From Camelus dromedarius (taxonomy: Eukaryota), in the NCBI RefSeq assembly GCF_036321535.1, contig NC_087436.1:58158001-58222000 (forward strand): a DNA stretch of 64,000 bases, given 5' to 3'. Position 1 is the stretch's first letter. Every line of letters begins with the position of its first letter. The translations under genes and the position numbers were made by a program. A model generated the notes under the pieces. That model was not told the origin of the DNA. It did no database searches and saw only the letters and a list, made by a program, of their open reading frames with translations. Below are positions 40,428 through 53,636 of the stretch, in pieces.

Positions 40428-40730
40428 CCAGTTATGTGCTGGCAAATATTTAACACTCACTCTCCATGATGGGAGAAAAAACAATCCTGATTTGAAGTTG
40501 TCTGTTCATTTCTGTGGTGTAAATACTTCCACCGAGGCTGACCTCAAGCTATTTATGTTATTAATGAAAACATGCAGAAATGGGAAGAGATGAGCAGTAG
40601 CACATCATAATGTCCACCATTCAGAAACAACACAGATAAATTACTTCAAGAAGACAAGTAAGAGCAAAATCTAGTAAGTTAAATAAGAAGTGATGAGCTT
40701 TGTTTTATTTACCTTATTCTTTGACCACTG
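40428..40730. mobile_element. MER63-like hAT DNA transposon
   Basis: cagttatgtgctggcaaatatttaaca..tggtgtaaatacttccacc. Confidence 0.65.
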
Positions 40731-42207
40731 ATACAAAGGAAAAAAGATCTTCCCTAAAGACATATAGTTGTCAAACATACACTGAATGCACTAGTGCCTA
40801 TGAAGCTAATAGTATCCAAAAGGTAGAAATCACTAGATAATTTTTATAAATGAATTCGTGTATTTTAATTTCAAAAGATCAACTAATCGAAACACTGTTC
40901 TTTCATTTACCATTTGATGGCCCTCTGTCATAAAACAGAGTATTTTATTTTATTCCATTCCATAAAACAGCCATTTCTTGGAAAATGACTCTATTTCTGA
41001 CAATGCGCTAAATAGGAGTTGGGATGTATCTTATAAAGTTCATATGAAAAAACTCCTTACTATAGCTATGTTTAGAAGAACACAATTACACTTAAAATCA
41101 CAGAGATCTGAAGTAGAAGGCATCACTTTATGTTACTGAAAACAGGGAATTAAATATTTTTAAGTAATGCAGTTTTATTTTACAAATGTACAAATTCAGC
41201 CTAGGAGGATTAGAAAGGAAAGGAAAAAGAATGGATGGACAATGATAAACAGGAAGATGTTCCCTAAATCATGCAGCAGCTCTGGGAGTGTGCATGGAGA
41301 ACTGACCCAGGAGAAAACTGCAGCAGAGACCTGCCATTCTATGAGTACGTGTGAACGACTGAGTCATGGGGAAATGCCGGAAGCAGAAGTGCTGGAGGTT
41401 GAGATTTTGCAGCGTTTGACCTGGTTGTGTCTACACAAAAATTTAAGCAAGGCTCCAAGGGAAGCAGTATAATTAGCATCAGTAGAAAAGGAAGAGTCTG
41501 TCTATTTGAGATCCTTATAATGGCTAAAATCACAGCTCTGAAACAAGTAGTAAGAGTTTACATATATTTAGCAAAACATTTCGTTCCCTAAAATGGCCAC
41601 GGATTGGCAGATGACAAAAAGGTAGGATAATAATGCAAGAAAATGAAAAGGTGGTATCTAGATATTTTAAATGTTGTCCAATGTTGTAACTATGCAGCAA
41701 ATTAATAAAGTAAAAATTCATTCCTTAAATTCCTACACACTAGAGTGAAGCCTATATATGTTATCCAAATATAGCATGAAAACTGAAAGATAAAGCAAGT
41801 TTGTTTGGAAAATGTAAAGAGAGCCAGGATAACAGTCAAAAGGATTAACTTTAAAGAAAAACAGACACCTACAACAACGAAGTTCTCGTTCATTTAGGTG
41901 ACTACTGCCAGTGTGAACTTGATATTCATTGAACCGACGGGGGTTATAAAAAGGAGGTGGGAAGACAAGACAGGGAGGAGAAGCAGTGGGTGGAGAGCCA
42001 GGCAATATATTTACCAAGTTTTGTCTACATCTCCAAATGTGGTGGAAAGAAGAAAAATAATTTCTACCTTCATGTCACGTTTACAAAGAGGGATTGTCTA
42101 ATGAGAAAGAAAAGCACGCCTCCCGCCACCACACAAACAAAAAATTCAGAGAATAAGAAGGTATTCAAGACATGGCATTTTTAAAAACAATCAGACTGCC
42201 TCTAAAC

Positions 42208-43629
42208 CAGTGGTTTTCAAAGTTTGGTATGAGGTCCCTGGAAGTCCCCAGGACCTTTTTACAGAGTTCCCTGAAATCAAAACTATTTTCATAATATTAT
42301 CAGAGATACTATTTTCCTTTTTTCATTGTAATGACATTTGCAGTGATGCTGTTAAAGCAATGATGGGTAAAACTGTTGGTACCTCAGACTTAATTAGTAA
42401 GTCAGTGACACTGGACTGTACTAGTTAGTGGCAATCTATCTATCTACTTATTAGCAGTGAATATCCAAAAATTCACTGTTAATAACTAGATAGATAGATT
42501 ATAGACAGACAGACAGATAGATAGAGTAAATGTGAATGAGCAAACTAATGTGCAAATCCAGTCTCACTTAAGAATGTCCTTGATAAGGCAGTTAAAAAAA
42601 TACAAATGTTATTGAATCTTAATTCTTGAGGAACTTTTTAATGTCTTATATGACAAAATGAGAAGTTTGCATAAAGCCTCTGTACAACTGTTTGAGATAC
42701 AAGCTGAACTAGTCAGGTCCTTTCATCAAGCATCATCTTTACTTGGAAGAATGACTGACAGAAAAAAACTGGTAACTCACATTTCGGTATCTGACAAACA
42801 GTTTCTCAAAAATGAATGACATGAGCTTGTCATTTCAAGGAAAATAAACCTTATTACCTGTTAACTTAAATAAAATTGAGAATTTCAAAGCAAAATTAAA
42901 ACCTTGAAAAATTTGTTCCTGCCATGCTAAACTTGATAGGGTCCTAATACTTACATAGTTTTTGGGTGAAAAGCAGTGGTAATATTAATGAATGTGATGT
43001 TTTGATATTATATAATGAAATATATCAACATTTGGGAAATCTGTATAATTCAGTATATTTTCCAAATAATGAATTCATTCCTGTATAAATAGCACAATAT
43101 GGATTATAATTTAGCAGAGAAAAAAGTCCACTGGTATGATTTCAAGATTTCATATTGCAACAAGTACTTGAGAAATTCCCATTTGTTAAGTATGGTGTAG
43201 TATCAAAGAAATATATCCACAATTATCTGGAAAGGCTACTGAAATACTACTCCCTTTTCCAATTACATCTCTGTGTGGGGCTAGATTTTCCTCATACTTC
43301 AACAGAAAAAAAAAAATTGAAATGGATTGAATGTAGAATCTTCAAACGGACATAAAATAGACTTGTACAAATGTAAAGCAGTATCATCTCATGAAATTGT
43401 TTTTGTTTTGAAAACTAGTTATTTTCACTAGAAATGTTATTTGTGCAATGTATTTGTTTTTTAACAATATGATTTTAAATAAATAACTATTTTAGTATTT
43501 TATAAGTTTAATTTTCTGATATAGCAGACATGAATAGATATAACCTATTCAGACAAAAGCTTTGTGGGGCCCTCTACTAATTATATAAATGCAAAGCGTT
43601 CCTGATTCCAAAAAGTTTGAAAAAGGCTT
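42208..43629. mobile_element. Charlie1-like hAT DNA transposon
   Basis: Terminal inverted repeats cagtggttttcaaagt / agtttgaaaaaggctt; 8-bp TSD ctctaaac / ctctaatc. Confidence 0.9.
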
Positions 43630-46104
43630 CTCTAATCTATGTAACTGCTAACCAAGATGGATAGACGCGTGAAGCTTATGGCTGGCTTTATGAATCTTTG
43701 CTTTATCTGATGTCATACTCCGCTTCCTGACTTGTTTTTAATCCCTACAAGTTCTGCTTTCTTATCTATAGCTTCACTTTTCCTAACATATATGCTCTAA
43801 ATGTCCCCCTCTACCAGATCGCTCACTGCCCTGAGACCTGATGTTGCTGTCAAATGTAGTTTTTTGACTCCAGGCCTTGGCTTCAGTTTGCCCTTTGTCT
43901 GCAGATCACACTTGCTTCTAGTTGGCTCCTCTGGCCCAACACAGAAGATACTACTTCTCAGCACCTGTCCACATGGTTTTTTTTTTTCCTATAGGATGAT
44001 TGATCTAGATTACTGAGTGGTAGTTACAACCTAATGAGTTTTATTATATTGTCTTCCCAAATTTTAGTAACATTTCTAAATTATGACTCAATGTAAGTAA
44101 ATAAACTCTCTCATTTAAGCATGAGAAATTTCATTATAAAGAACTAAACTATTTGAGATTAGCATCCAGCAAATATCATTTATTACTATGAATGATGTAA
44201 GTAACCACTGTATTATGTAAAAAGCTACTTCCTGGATTTTGGACCCTTGTATTCGACCAGGAGTGTTTCAGGTGTGCCACCTTTTCTCTGTTATTACTAT
44301 ACCTCAGATCTTTTATGGTCTCAAGTACCTCAAGTCCTTTTAAGTAAAACAAATAATCTGCGGGCAAGCAGAGTTAGAACTTTTGTCCAGTAGGGCCAAG
44401 CCTATAAAGCACATTATTAATGATCCCTATAGAAAGCCTGGACTATATTACTATAATGAGTTCACAAGCATAACATGATACAGCCTTCTTAAAAACCCAA
44501 CCATGGTATTTAGTGAGATGACCCCTAGGTTTTTCCTAAGAGTTTTTGTAAAGTTGCAAACATTGCAATTTGGCAACTTCTCCAGAAGAATCTCATCATT
44601 GTCAGCTAAAGACCTTTATTCAATTTACTGCAGCCCTGCTTATTTGCACTTTGACTTTTTCTTTACTGTCCTTAGCTTGTATAACAGAAAGAAGATAAAG
44701 GAAAATAAAATTAAAGGTGATATTCTTATGTATTTCCTTAAAAGGCAAACTCAACAGTTGTCAAAATTGCTGAAGGAAAACATTTAAGCACTATATATAT
44801 GTATATATTCATTTGTTTGTTTAAGTACCATATTATGTAAGTGATAAGATATGAAAATGAAGTGAGAACTACAAGTGTTTCCCTTTGGGCAATAACCTTT
44901 CGGTTTCACTTGACCTACACTGCCATAGAGAATATCTCTGGGAAATCAGGCATCCAAATGCAACTTACTTATAATGCTGCATCTGCTTACATAGAAAAAG
45001 AATGCATCTGGAATGTTACACTTTTTGTACACTAATATTATTTAACACTTAAGTGCCTATAAAGCAATCTTCATTCTAAATATAGGGTAATGAATCCTAT
45101 GATCTGGAAATAAAACAACCTAATAATATCAGATGCTAATTGAATGACATACATAACTCACCACATGAGCTCCTAACCTCTACTTCTGCATATGTGAGAC
45201 TATAGCTGTGGAAAAATAACACAGGTCATCAGCTATATCATTATTTCTGAAAAAAAACATAGTGCCTGTTGAAATAGTTATATGTTTGGCAATATTTTAA
45301 AATGTGCAGGTTTATTTATTTTGAGAAACAGGTGAGTACATTCCTGATAGGAAAATTTCAGTTGGTTTTAATTCAGCAAAGTTTACCTGACAGTTCTAGT
45401 AGAATCAGAATTTTGCAATTAATTTGTTCCATTATGTGGGAAAAGCAATTAATAAGTACAGCCTAGATTAATGAGGAAAGGAGTTGGTAGGAAGATTACA
45501 AGCTGACCATGTGTCAACCCATATAAACCATCCATATCCTAATTCTACTTGATAAGAGCAGACCTTGGAATCAGGATTAGTTGGGAAACCAGTTGTTTGG
45601 GGGCTTCAGTGTTCATGTCCGATTTGGACTAGTTATGAAGAACAGAATCTCAGGCCTTATACCAAATAAAAGTAATCTATTTAGAGGTTACTCATTTAGA
45701 GAAACAGGGTGCCAAGAAAAGCAAAAATATTACTTTTATTGTTTTTCAAATATAAAAATGTTACAGTAGGAGCAACAGATTTTCAAACTTTTCTTTGAAC
45801 TATTTCCTTGAATTTCACACGAAGAGATACTACTTGTTAGGTTGCATGGCTTTAGTATCAATTATTTTGCTTTGTAGAATAAAATAAGAGAGGACGTGCA
45901 TATTCAATGAAGGTGTTGGTCACTGAAGGCTTTTAGCACAACTCAACCCCCTAAGGAAAGATTTATATTTATCTAAAGAGTATCTCTTTAAGTAATATTT
46001 TTCTTCTGTTATTAGGAGAATTAATTTAATCTTTGGCTTCATAAAGACTGTTCCAACTGGAATCTAGGAATAAGTGAGGACTTAGCCAAACCCCTAAGGT
46101 AGCA

Positions 46105-46295
46105 CAAAAATGTGGTCCACCCACATGTGTTACGTGTGGTATGTGGTCCACCTGCCATGGAGTACAAACGAGAAGGGAAAATTCCTGGAATCTACCCAAG
46201 ACTTACTGAGTTCAGATCTCTGGTATGGCAGCTGGGCATCTAAATTTTTCACAAGCACAAAGATTATTATTTGTATAGTAAAATTTGAAAATAAT
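46105..46295. mobile_element. MER5-like hAT MITE
   Basis: aaaatgtggtcc..acttactgagttcagatctct..gcatct..tttcacaagc..aaatttgaaaa. Confidence 0.6.
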
Positions 46296-47135
46296 ACATT
46301 TTTAGGAAATAATTTGTATCAATATAGAAGATCAGAAATTAATTATTTTCACAGACAGGAACAGACTGATACCACAAAGTCAATGATTTGTAAAAGATCA
46401 TTGAGTTTGCTAGGATTAAAGTGAAATGAAAAAACTAGGCATCCTGATTTTAAATTATTCTTCACTAACAATACCTGACTGACCCTATGCAGCATTCCTC
46501 TAAATAGAGCTCCTTAAGATCTAATGCCAAGAATAACAGAATCTAATATTAACTTAATATTCATAATTGATTCCACCAATTCTTCTGTTTTAGGCAAACA
46601 GCCACCTAGAAAAGAGAGAAGCTATTAATTCCAAATACTTTAAGCTCTCACTATTGCACCCTTGCAAAGATGCTGAGCTACCTATTATGTCATTGCTCTA
46701 TTCCTGTTTATAACATTTTCATGTTAGGCACTCAAAAAGTAGCATAAACAAATTTCAGTGCATTAGGAGAAATATTAAACTGTAGCAACTAACAGAAAAA
46801 TGTAAATCACAGTTAGCTAAGAATTTTTATAGACTACAAATCTAATTCCCATTTATAAAGTGGATGCCAGCAATTTACGTATGAAATAGCATATCCTTTT
46901 AAATTTTGTGTCTTTCATTTAGCTTCTCTTGCAACTGTTCATAGCACTTTAATTCCATCACATTGCGCAAAGATATGTGTTTCCCTGGGACATTTTAAAA
47001 CTGTAAACTCTCATGTAGGGCTTCAGATGGATTCAAATACTAGGAGAATACTTTCTTGAGTCTCAGATTTAACCATAATCCTGTTAACAATTAGTAAAAG
47101 AAAATGTAATTTTGTTTCAGAGTTATGTGTTTGCG

Positions 47136-47137
<2 letters not shown>

Positions 47138-47179
<42 letters not shown>
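47138..47179. repeat. (TG)n microsatellite
   Basis: Direct reading. Confidence 0.95.
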
Positions 47180-47181
<2 letters not shown>

Positions 47182-49693
47182 CCACCTTACTATGATCAAT
47201 ACTAGAGACTTGAAACCTTTTAATCTTGTTTGATACCTGAAAAGTCATTTCTAATTCTGCTTTATCTCCTTTCCTATTTTGTTTGCAGATTCAGTATCAG
47301 GAGAAAGATGAAGTGTCTTTATTCTTTTACAGCATCAAGGACTCTCAAAACATACATTATAAAATAAGAAACAAAATCTAAACATAACAACATCAAGTTG
47401 TGTTTAGCAAATTTGTAAATCAAACTAAGATATCTCATTAAAATGACTGAAAGCACCGACAAGCAGCTCTTCAAGCATGCATCAGGAAATGCTAAATTAC
47501 ACATGCTTTTTTGAAAGGTTCACAATTTGTCTGCCATAGCTTTCCTAGACATACCAATTGATGATGTGCAGGGTACCAGCCAACATAACCTATTGAGTCA
47601 ATCAGTAGAAAAGGCAAGCAGAACAATATAATGCTTTATTTCTATTGCTGGTACTGGTAACCAAAGAACTCATACCAAGCCTAGTTTACACTGATTTTTA
47701 AAAATCCATAGTACTTTAAAAGAGTGGTGATAGAGGTGACAGAAGTCTGGGAATAAAGGAAAGGAGCCCATAAAGAGAAGAAAAGGGGGAGGAAAGCTTC
47801 TTGCACAGAAACTGAAATTTCTAGAAAATATGTCTTCTGGATCACAAAATACAGATAACGGAGAATTATATTAACTTACCACCTAAAAATAGGCAATAAC
47901 ATTCCAATGTTTGGGGATAAACTTTCATCTTTAATAGAATATAGGCTTTAATGTCACTTCCTCCATGTTGAAAGATCACCTCTAGAGTTATTTTTCCAAG
48001 ATTGCATGTGATGAGAAAAAATGCACATGGGGAATTTGTTCAGCTCTTTTATTTCAAATACTGCACATGCTGAGAGAAAACATTTCCCTTTAATATTCAT
48101 TAGTCAAATGAATTCTTAACATTCATCTTGATGTGTATTCATACTTAGGATTGTTTGATTTGCTAAAAGCTTAGAATACTACTTACAGTGCAGAGAACTT
48201 GAATCCACATTGCAAAGAGAAAATAAATTACCTCAAATACAAACTATTATCATAAAAAGATGTTTCAGACTTGCAAAAACACACATTACTTCCATCTGGT
48301 AAATGGTAACTACTAAAATATTTACAAATATCACATTATAATTCACATGTCACACATGGTAGTGATATTCAATTTTCATGTGCCCCAATTAAAAGCTATT
48401 ATGTATGGTAAAATACACAGTCACACATTTGTGTATCTAACAGAAAAATAAATGATTTCCTTAATATCTCCACAGGGATTACTTTCTCATCCTGCTGTGC
48501 AGATAATGTAAATATAATCCTGAAGGAGGTAAAACAGCATGGCTCGCTGAAGTTCGTTTGTGTTTGTTTTCAAGAGCATACCAGAACAAGTTGTTTCTAG
48601 ATAGGCTTAGGCTCATAATTGCTGATCTCTATTTTCCTTTTAAACATTCTTTGAATCAAATAGTTGAATACTGTGCAGCATTTAGATATCTTCCCCAGGA
48701 ATACAGCGTATAGTTAAGCAATACACATAAAAGAAGCCATTTTCCATAAACACCCTGAATAAAAGACTAATTCATTCATGTGACTCAAACATTTATCACA
48801 TACTGTTTAACCACAACAACTGGACTGTAGTTAACTGATAGTGGAGAATGCATTTGACTGCAGTTACATGGGTGATGAGAATAACTAGATGCCAGTCCAA
48901 ATCCCCCTACTTTCACAGAATAGAGCATGGAAGGGCAAAGTATCTTGGTGAACAAGATACCAGAAGCAATTCTTAAATTACCTTCAGATTACAAAAGAAG
49001 TGCTGAAATATTCTTTGGCCATTTCTGATTCCCCCCCAAATAAATTTAAACAACTTCTTGAAATTTTATATTTTTAGTTTTTCTTATACATAAGGTCAGA
49101 TAGTAAATTTAAACTGTTTTAAAAATTTTACCTGAAGGGTACAGATACAGAGTAAGTCAATAAAGACTCTAAAACTGAGAACAGTCTTCCCTAACTTTTT
49201 TGAAGGCAGTCTGTCTTCCATTGTAAAATTTCCCCTAGCAACCCTCCTTTGAAGATTTTCTTTTGAAAATGATTTGTGTTTCACTATTCCTAAGATTTCT
49301 CTTCTAGTCCCCCACATATTACAATATTACATCATATTTTTAACTGTGGGACTTTACTATATCACTTTCTACACTATGAAAAATTCAGCTAAGTCATTTA
49401 AGATGCTTTTATATGGGCCATTTTATATCAATTCTTTCTGTTACATACATCCTTAATCATGTTCACTGGGCCATAGGTCCAACTTTCTCAACCTAAAACA
49501 TGCTCTAACATCTCCTATACTAAAACCCTTTTCTTTGATATTTCTGCCTCCTTAAACTTTCCTCAAATAGAAATGGACATAAAAAGTTCTTTGTAAATTG
49601 TAAGGCACTATTAGAAATATTTGCTCTCTTTTGTTGCTGTTGCTCATTCATCTAAGTATTGACTGAATAGCTACTACTTGCCATATACTATTC

Positions 49694-50317
49694 CAGCTGC
49701 TCTCAAATACAGTCTGAGACGCCCCTGCATACTTGTACACATTCAGAGTCTCACAGGAGATTAAAACCATTTCATAAGAATACTGAGACATTATTTGCTT
49801 TTTTTCATTCTTATTTTCTCATGAATGTACAGTGGTTTCCCAAAAGCTGCATGATCATTAGTTCTGATGGTCAGTGGAAAGTGTCCTTGTGTATTTGTCA
49901 ATTTTAAGATTTTCAGTCAAGCTGTAGTAATTCTACATAATAAAACTGAAAAAGAAAAAAAAATAAAATTTTCTAAGCCTTAATTTTTTATATGGAAAAA
50001 TCAGCAGCTATAATCCACGTAAACCAGAGGCTAGTAGACAATTTCTGTAAAGGACAAGATAGTAAATAGTTTAGGCTTGGCAGGCCATATGGCACCTGTC
50101 ACACTACTCAACTCTGCCATTACAGACAAAACAGCCATAGATAATACAAAAATAAAGGGAAGTAGCTCTGTTTAAATGATACCTGTTCACAAAGACAGGA
50201 GAGGGGCTGTATCTGACTTGCAGGCCATATATAGCTTGCCAACTTCTGTCATCTTTGAGTTCTCACTATTTTTTAAAAGCGTAAAGGGGTACAGAGACTA
50301 AGATTTGAAAACCACTG
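49694..50317. mobile_element. Charlie1-derived element with nested MER58A-like element (~50025-50248)
   Basis: Ends cagctgctctcaaa / tttgaaaaccactg; insert ttctgtaaagg..gatagtaaata..gcaggccata..actactcaactctgcc. Confidence 0.75.
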
Positions 50318-51479
50318 TGTAAGGCTCCTGAAGTCAAATTCAGCCTTGTGATACTCTTCTCAAAGAACTGTCTAAAGGGATAGCTGGATACAATATACTG
50401 AGATTGCTGTTATGTTGGCAACAAGTGAAAGATGATGACATGAAGTAGGAAGAGGAACTGTATCCAGGAGTAGGGTTTGGGTATTATAAGCCCATATATA
50501 CACATTATAAAGAAATAATATCTATACTTTCCAGTAAACAGTCAAGATGAGGAAAGCCACTTTGGGCTACAGAGTTCTTTTTTTTACTACACATAAATCA
50601 TAAGGCAGTGTTTAGAAAATCTTTTGCGAATTTGTGCTTTAAAGTAAAATAAAGTGACTCATTTGTCAAACCTGATCTGCTTTAGCTGAATTGTTTATTA
50701 TTTTAATTGTGAAATTTTTAAAAATTTTAAGTAAAGTGCCTTTTTTTATTTACTTATCATTTTTAAAGGAAGTAAATTGCTAGTCTAATGTAAATTGTTT
50801 TATGTTCTCTCAATTTATTACCTATCATAGAAATTCTAAAGGTGGGCTATATTTGACTTAAATTTTAAACTACTTGGATTTATTAATTTAGCCTGAGCAA
50901 CCTCTAGATAGCAAAAGCTAGGATCCCTGATGTTAAATTCTAAATCCTAACTTCTATAAAAGGGTTATAGACTCCAAGCAGATTGAATCAGAACCGTTTT
51001 TTAAAATCTGTATAGAATCTTGTCCTTACATAGGAACAGACAGTTTTTTGTGGGTACAAATCCCAGTCGAAAAGGAAAGATATTACATAGTTCCATAGTG
51101 TTATTAACTCTTCCTAGATTTTGATGGTAACACTATCCTTCAGAATGCTAAGCTCTGGAATACATAGTTACTGTTATGCTCTTTATTTATACTCTGAATG
51201 CATTCTGTTTGAATTTGGAATCATCACCAACACGTATCAATGGCTATCATTTACCTTGTTATTTTAATGTTAGTTTTCAGTTTATTCCCTGATACTCAAG
51301 ACTCAAACATAAGGTTTTATTTCTAATTTTCTATTTTGAAAAACATTTTTAGCAAACGCTGTTTATATTTTGAAACTGGGTTATGTGACCTTAGTAGCAA
51401 TATGGTTATAAAGAGTCAGTAATAAAATAATGACCATTTTGGTAATAAAATGAAATACAACTACCACAATTTAATAATT

Positions 51480-51780
51480 CTTCAACTGATCAAAAAACTT
51501 CAACCTCTACAGAAATACATGCACCTATTCCAAAGAATTGTGCTTAAGAATATCCACTGCAACACTGTTTGCAATAACACAAATTAGCCAAAGAAATGTC
51601 AATGCTTATGAATGGAGGAGTGATTAAATTATTAATGGAATAGCTCTTTTATAGAAAACAATGTAGTCATTTCAAAAAATGAGGTTGAGCAACAAGTTAT
51701 ATGGAAACTTTCTTCAAGTTGTACAAGAATATGTACACTCAATATCATTTCTTTTTTTCTTAAGATGTATATGAATGCAT
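51480..51780 (+). mobile_element. Old L1 (L1ME-like) 3' fragment
   Basis: cactgcaacactgtttgcaataac..gtcaatgc..ggagtgattaaattat. Confidence 0.55.
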
Positions 51781-53636
51781 AACTGATTTAGGCAAATTAT
51801 AGGAAATGTACTGAAAGGAAATTGCCATAGACTTTCATCTAATTATTCTCGAAATTTAGTAAGCTTCAGAATTATTTGGAGGTTGAGGGTGGAGAAATGG
51901 TCTCACTTTAGAAATTTTTCTATGTCTGAAGGTAGCCCTTGAAATCTGCCTTGTCAATAGGATCTCATACAATTCTGATGCAGGAGGCAGTGGGTAAAAC
52001 TAATTAATGTACAGTCACGTTTGAGAAATAGCACTCTAAGCATTGCCTGCTGAATTTCCTGAACAAGCAATTTCCTCTGTAGTAAACACATATGTAGTTC
52101 CAAGCCTATTTCTCTAGGCATCTTCAGCTATCCCTGTTTATAATGCTTCCCACAGGTCCATTTATCTTTCACTATGTATTTTTTGTTCATCCTACTTTAT
52201 TTTCCCAATCCATTGAATCTTTCATGTAGCCTGCAAACATTATTACTCTATCCTTAGAAAGTTTAGATTTTGTCTCATCTTCCTATGTTTGTTTTTATAC
52301 TTTGAGATACCCTCTTTACCCTTAATTCCATCTTCACTTGTTAAATTTTATCCTTTTGAGCCACCTCTTTTATAAATATTTTATTATTTTCAACCACTGT
52401 TCTTTCTCTTGACAATTATAGTTGTCATTGACCACTCCATTTTCATATTAATATACTATAATTATGTGATTCCTTGGTCTCTCTATTAAAGCAAGTTCTA
52501 AGAAAGGTAGAGTCTTAAAGTCTTTGCTGTATTACAGAGTTTATGGTACTCTGTAGATTCTCAAGCCATGCTAAGTAAATTGAGAGAAGTGGTTTCACTA
52601 TATATTTTTAACGCAAAGTGACAGGGCATATGGGAATATATTTATTTAATATATGCCTAAGTGCTATGTTTTACCATATCGCATTCCCAGAACATTCTAC
52701 GCATGTCCTTCCATGCCCTCTTACCCTGTTTTCTCCATCCCATCACTAAAGCCACACAGACCTCAGCAGGAACTGTATGCCTAATTAAGATAAAATGTAG
52801 TGCCAGAAAGCACACAGAGACATAACTGTACTCTCTAACCTGTCTTTAACCAAGTAGTTCTCTAAAGTCACTTGTATATCTGAAATACTTAGTTATTTAA
52901 ATATATTTAGTTAATGGAAATCATTTGCTTAATGTCTTTCTTCTCTGATGCAACCTTCTTGTTCAGGGTATGAACAGAGTCTGTTTTATTCTTTACCATA
53001 TCCCCAGTAATACAGTGTTTGGCTCTTAAAAGACGTTTGTGTATTTCCTGATTAAATGATTAAAACTACTCATTCCCTCAATCTTCCATCTCACAGAAAT
53101 GACATCTTTATGCCAGAACGTAGAGATAACCTACAGACAACGCTCTATTTTTCTAAAGCCCAATGTTGACAATATTTAAGATCTAAATAAATACAAAACC
53201 AAATGAAAATAGAAGCATCTAAAATGTTTTTGGTGCAAAAAAAATTGGCTTTACTCTGTCTTTGCCAGAGACATTAAATTAAATTCCTCTCACAAAGCAA
53301 AACAAAACAAAACCATACAAACAAAAACAAAACACAAAAACCTTACACAACCTCATATATTTCTGAAGGAAATATTGATAATATTCACTGGAATGGCAAT
53401 AGCTTTGTGCCAGGTACTAATATTTGTTTTTAAAATAGCGATATAAAGTTATGAGGGAAATCCTTTAAAAAGGAAAAATGTTTTCTTAACCAATTTTAAC
53501 AAGATATTACACTACCATAACTGATACTTTCAAATTAATGCTACAAAAATATATTTTTGGCCCTGAATACTTTGACACAATCTATCCGAATTCAACAGAT
53601 ATCTATAAAACACTCTTTTAAAATCACTGCTTTTCC

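Noticed and set aside
39995..40456. Longest ORF (153 aa)
   Set aside because: Arises from purine-rich low-complexity sequence and overlaps a transposon end; no recognisable protein.
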